From positions 544,001-608,000 of the forward strand of contig JASGJN010000017.1 in the NCBI GenBank assembly GCA_049840735.1: a stretch of 64,000 nucleotides of DNA, written 5' to 3'. Origin of the DNA: Anaeromyxobacter sp. (GTDB taxonomy: Bacteria > Myxococcota > Myxococcia > Myxococcales > Anaeromyxobacteraceae). Both the position numbers and the translations under genes were made by a program. Within the stretch, counting starts at the first letter, position 1. Each line of letters starts with the position of its first letter. The notes under the pieces were generated by a model that worked only from the letters and a program-made list of their open reading frames with translations, was not told the DNA's origin and did no database searches. This document shows positions 61,602 to 64,000 of this stretch, piece by piece.

Positions 61602-61630
61602 AAAGGGTAATGTCGGATGGATTGACCCCC
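61602..61630 (-). repeat. Right arm of the bipartite inverted repeat
   Basis: Reverse complement GGGGGTCAA-TCCATCCGAC-ATTACCCTTT. Confidence 0.75.
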
Positions 61631-61718
61631 CTTCTTCGATCGGACACCTGTCCGTCATGGCGGAGGCTGCGACCTTTCGGCGGGCGCGGGGGGCGGCGGG
61701 CGGGTTAAGGTCGCCCGC

Positions 61719-62510
61719 ATGGCCGACCTGGATCTGGCGAAGGCGATGGAGACGGCGCGGCGGGCGGTGGAGGCGGCCAGCGCGGCCACCCTGGCCCACT
61801 TCAACCGCGGCGTCCGGGTGGAGGTGAAGCCGGACCGCACGCCGGTCACGCAGGCGGACCGGGACTCGGAGGCGGCCATCCTGGCGGTGGTGCAGGCGGC
61901 CTTCCCCGGCCACGGCTTCCTGGGCGAGGAGACCGGCGCCCACGCCGGCGCCGCCGCCACCCGCTGGATCTGCGATCCGCTGGACGGGACCAAGGGGTTC
62001 ACCCGCGGGCGCGGCTTCTGGGGCCCGCTGGTCGGCTGCGAGCACGAGGGGCGGATCGTGGCCGGCGCGATGGCGCTCCCGGCGCTGGGCGAGGTCTACT
62101 GGGCCGCCCGCGGCCTGGGCTGCTGGCTCTCCACCGCCGGCGCCCCGCCGGTCCGGCTGCAGGTCTCCGGGATCTCGAGCTGGGCGGACGCCAGCCTCTC
62201 GCTGGGCGAGCCGCACGTGCTGTTCAAGCCGCCCATGCTGGAGCGGGCGGCGGCGCTGGCCACCTCCGCCGCGGCGGCCCGCTGCTACGGCGACCTGGCC
62301 GGCTGCGCGCTGGTGCTCAAGGGCCAGGCCGAGGCCTGGGTCGAGGCGGGCGTGCAGATTCGGGACCTGGCCCCGCTGCCCATCCTGGTGGAGGAGGCGG
62401 GCGGCCGCTTCACCGACCTCGAGGGCCGGCCCACCCACACCAGCGGCAGCTGCGTGGCCTCCAACGGCCACGTCCACGACCACGTGCTGGCCGCGCTCTC
62501 GTCCGGCTGA
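61719..62510 (+). CDS. Inositol monophosphatase family protein (HisN-like)
   Basis: K.D.TPVT.AD, GEE, WICDPLDGTKGF, DLA..ILVEEAGG. Confidence 0.88.
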   Translation: MADLDLAKAMETARRAVEAASAATLAHFNRGVRVEVKPDRTPVTQADRDSEAAILAVVQAAFPGHGFLGEETGAHAGAAATRWICDPLDGTKGFTRGRGFWGPLVGCEHEGRIVAGAMALPALGEVYWAARGLGCWLSTAGAPPVRLQVSGISSWADASLSLGEPHVLFKPPMLERAAALATSAAAARCYGDLAGCALVLKGQAEAWVEAGVQIRDLAPLPILVEEAGGRFTDLEGRPTHTSGSCVASNGHVHDHVLAALSSG

Positions 62511-62610
62511 GCACGGCGGCGCGGGCGGCGGCCGACCCAGGGTCCGCGGCGAAGGCCATGGCGTCGCAGGGCGGCCCGTCCTGGCGGCGGCTGCGGTAGG
62601 CTCCGCGCCC

Positions 62611-63120
62611 ATGGTCACCAGCAAGCGATTCGTGGACGGCAAGTGGCGCTGGGTGCGCCCCGACGGCTCCGTCGGCCGCGTCTGCCCACCCCCCAACGCC
62701 TCCGAGCGCCGCAACCTCGAGGCCGCCGAGAAGCCCCGCGCCGCGGCCCCTGCGCCCGCCAAGGCCTTCGTGGAGGGCCGGTGGCACTGGCTCGAGCCGG
62801 ACGGCGCGGTGGGCCGCCCCTGCCCCAAGCCCAACGCCGCCGAGCGGCGGGACCTGGAGGCCGGCAAGGAGCGCGCGCCGGTGGTGACGGCCTGGACGCC
62901 GCCCGCCCTGGCGGCCGCGCCGGCGGCCGGTCCGGCCCGCTACAAGGTCCTCTCCCAGCGCGACGCCGCCTCCGGCGGCAAGTTCGACCCGGCCCGGCTA
63001 GAGGCCGCGCTCAACGCCCGGGCGGCCGAAGGCTGGCGGGTGGTGGGCGTGTCCAGCGCCGACGCCGGCGGCCGCGCCGGCGGCCGGCAGGAGCTGGTGA
63101 TCGTGCTGGAGCGGGCCTGA
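62611..63120 (+). CDS. Protein with two N-terminal ~36-aa repeats and a DUF4177-like C-terminal domain
   Basis: YKVL.Q.D...GKFDP..LE.ALN..AAEGWRVV..LER; duplicated FV.G.W.W..PDG.VGR.CP.PNA.ERR.LEA. Confidence 0.7.
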   Translation: MVTSKRFVDGKWRWVRPDGSVGRVCPPPNASERRNLEAAEKPRAAAPAPAKAFVEGRWHWLEPDGAVGRPCPKPNAAERRDLEAGKERAPVVTAWTPPALAAAPAAGPARYKVLSQRDAASGGKFDPARLEAALNARAAEGWRVVGVSSADAGGRAGGRQELVIVLERA

Positions 63121-63127
63121 GCCTGCC

Positions 63128-64000
63128 TCAGACCGCCAGCACCGCGATCACCGCCGTCGCGGTCAGCACCACGCTCAGGGCCAGCATGTAGGCCACCCCG
63201 ACCGCGGCCAGCTTGGCGGTGGTCCGGAGCGCGCCCTCGCGGTGGAGCCGGCGCAGCGCCAGCCAGGTCCAGCAGGCCGCCGCCAGCACGCCCGCGAGCG
63301 TGAGCGGCGGCCACCACAGGCCTGGCAGGAGCAGCAGGAAGCCGACCGTCTGGGCGTGCAGCGCCAGCAGCAGGTGCTCGGCGTAGAAGCGGCGCCGGTG
63401 GGCCAGCTTGAGCAGCGCCGCCAGGATGGGCACCAGCACGAACACCGCCGCCGGGGCGTGGTCGTGGAACGCCGACTGGAACCGGCGCTGCACCTCGCTC
63501 CGCGGCAGGCCCTTCAGCCGGTCCACGCGCGTCGCGACCCAGGCCCCCAGCGCGCCGGAGCGGCTCAGCTCCGCAGTCCCCTCGGCCGTCACCGCCTGGT
63601 CCGCCTGGTCCGCCTTCGCCGCCTCGCCGCCCTCCGCCCTCGGCGCGGGCGCCTGCTCCGCCGGCGCCTCCTCGCGCCCGCCCAGCCGGATCACCAGGTG
63701 GGGTTCGTCCTCCTGCCCGAGATCCACCTTCATGTCGGTGGCCTGCTCGGGCGCGACCGCCGTGGCCAGGAAGAAGAGCAGGCTCGCGAGCAGGTAGAGC
63801 CGCACCGGCGAGCTGTAGCGGGCGCGCCGGCCGCCGATCATCTCGGCCGCCACGTGCCCAGGGCGGAGCAGCAGCGGCCCGAGGGTGTGCGCGAAGCGCG
63901 AGTCGAGCGAGACCGCCTCCTCCAGCACCTCGCCCAGGAAGCGGCGCAGCGGCCGGCGCAGGTCGTGGGCCTGGTCCTGGCCGCAGGCGGCGCACCAGCG
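63128..64000 (-). CDS. DUF3667-like membrane protein (5' end outside window)
   Basis: WCAACGQ, LDSR..TL..LL.RPG, G.RARY.SPVRLYL, YAEHL..ALH. Confidence 0.8.
   Translation of the reverse strand, partial: RWCAACGQDQAHDLRRPLRRFLGEVLEEAVSLDSRFAHTLGPLLLRPGHVAAEMIGGRRARYSSPVRLYLLASLLFFLATAVAPEQATDMKVDLGQEDEPHLVIRLGGREEAPAEQAPAPRAEGGEAAKADQADQAVTAEGTAELSRSGALGAWVATRVDRLKGLPRSEVQRRFQSAFHDHAPAAVFVLVPILAALLKLAHRRRFYAEHLLLALHAQTVGFLLLLPGLWWPPLTLAGVLAAACWTWLALRRLHREGALRTTAKLAAVGVAYMLALSVVLTATAVIAVLAV

Overview
Very GC-rich chromosomal window. Gene content suggests an Anaeromyxobacter-like Myxococcota: an AfGcHK-like globin-coupled kinase, tgl, tandem Ser/Thr kinases and myxobacterial lipoproteins. Housekeeping genes (metG, holA, holB, divIVA, polA, glyQ/glyS, recO, queE, pyrD, rimI, a dnaJ-type chaperone, plsB-like, pncA, tatD) alternate with accessory blocks. 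About 14 genes, including core ones such as polA, pyrD and queE, carry small frameshifting indels; these are most likely sequencing or assembly errors. Three regions stand out. (1) 4.5-14.6 kb: three paralogous membrane Ser/Thr kinases, a 112-aa ORF coupled to an MvdC/MvdD-like ATP-grasp ligase, and an ECF sigma factor. The bipartite motif GTCACAACC-N13-GTTCAA occurs twice in opposite orientations, once upstream of the small ORF and once upstream of a candidate three-hairpin sRNA with a terminator. (2) 34.4-37.5 kb: a Y1/HUH (RAYT-like) transposase element with 29-bp perfect terminal inverted repeats and a 10-bp flanking direct repeat. It carries a class A beta-lactamase and an SMI1/KNR4 gene separated by a third copy of the same site, and degenerate copies lie nearby and about 7 kb away. 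(3) 60.5-61.6 kb: a second RAYT-like gene with a C-terminal HTH, bracketed by a different bipartite inverted repeat, one arm of which lies inside the 3' end of the plsB-like gene. All calls are by eye from the sequence and ORF track; no searches were run.
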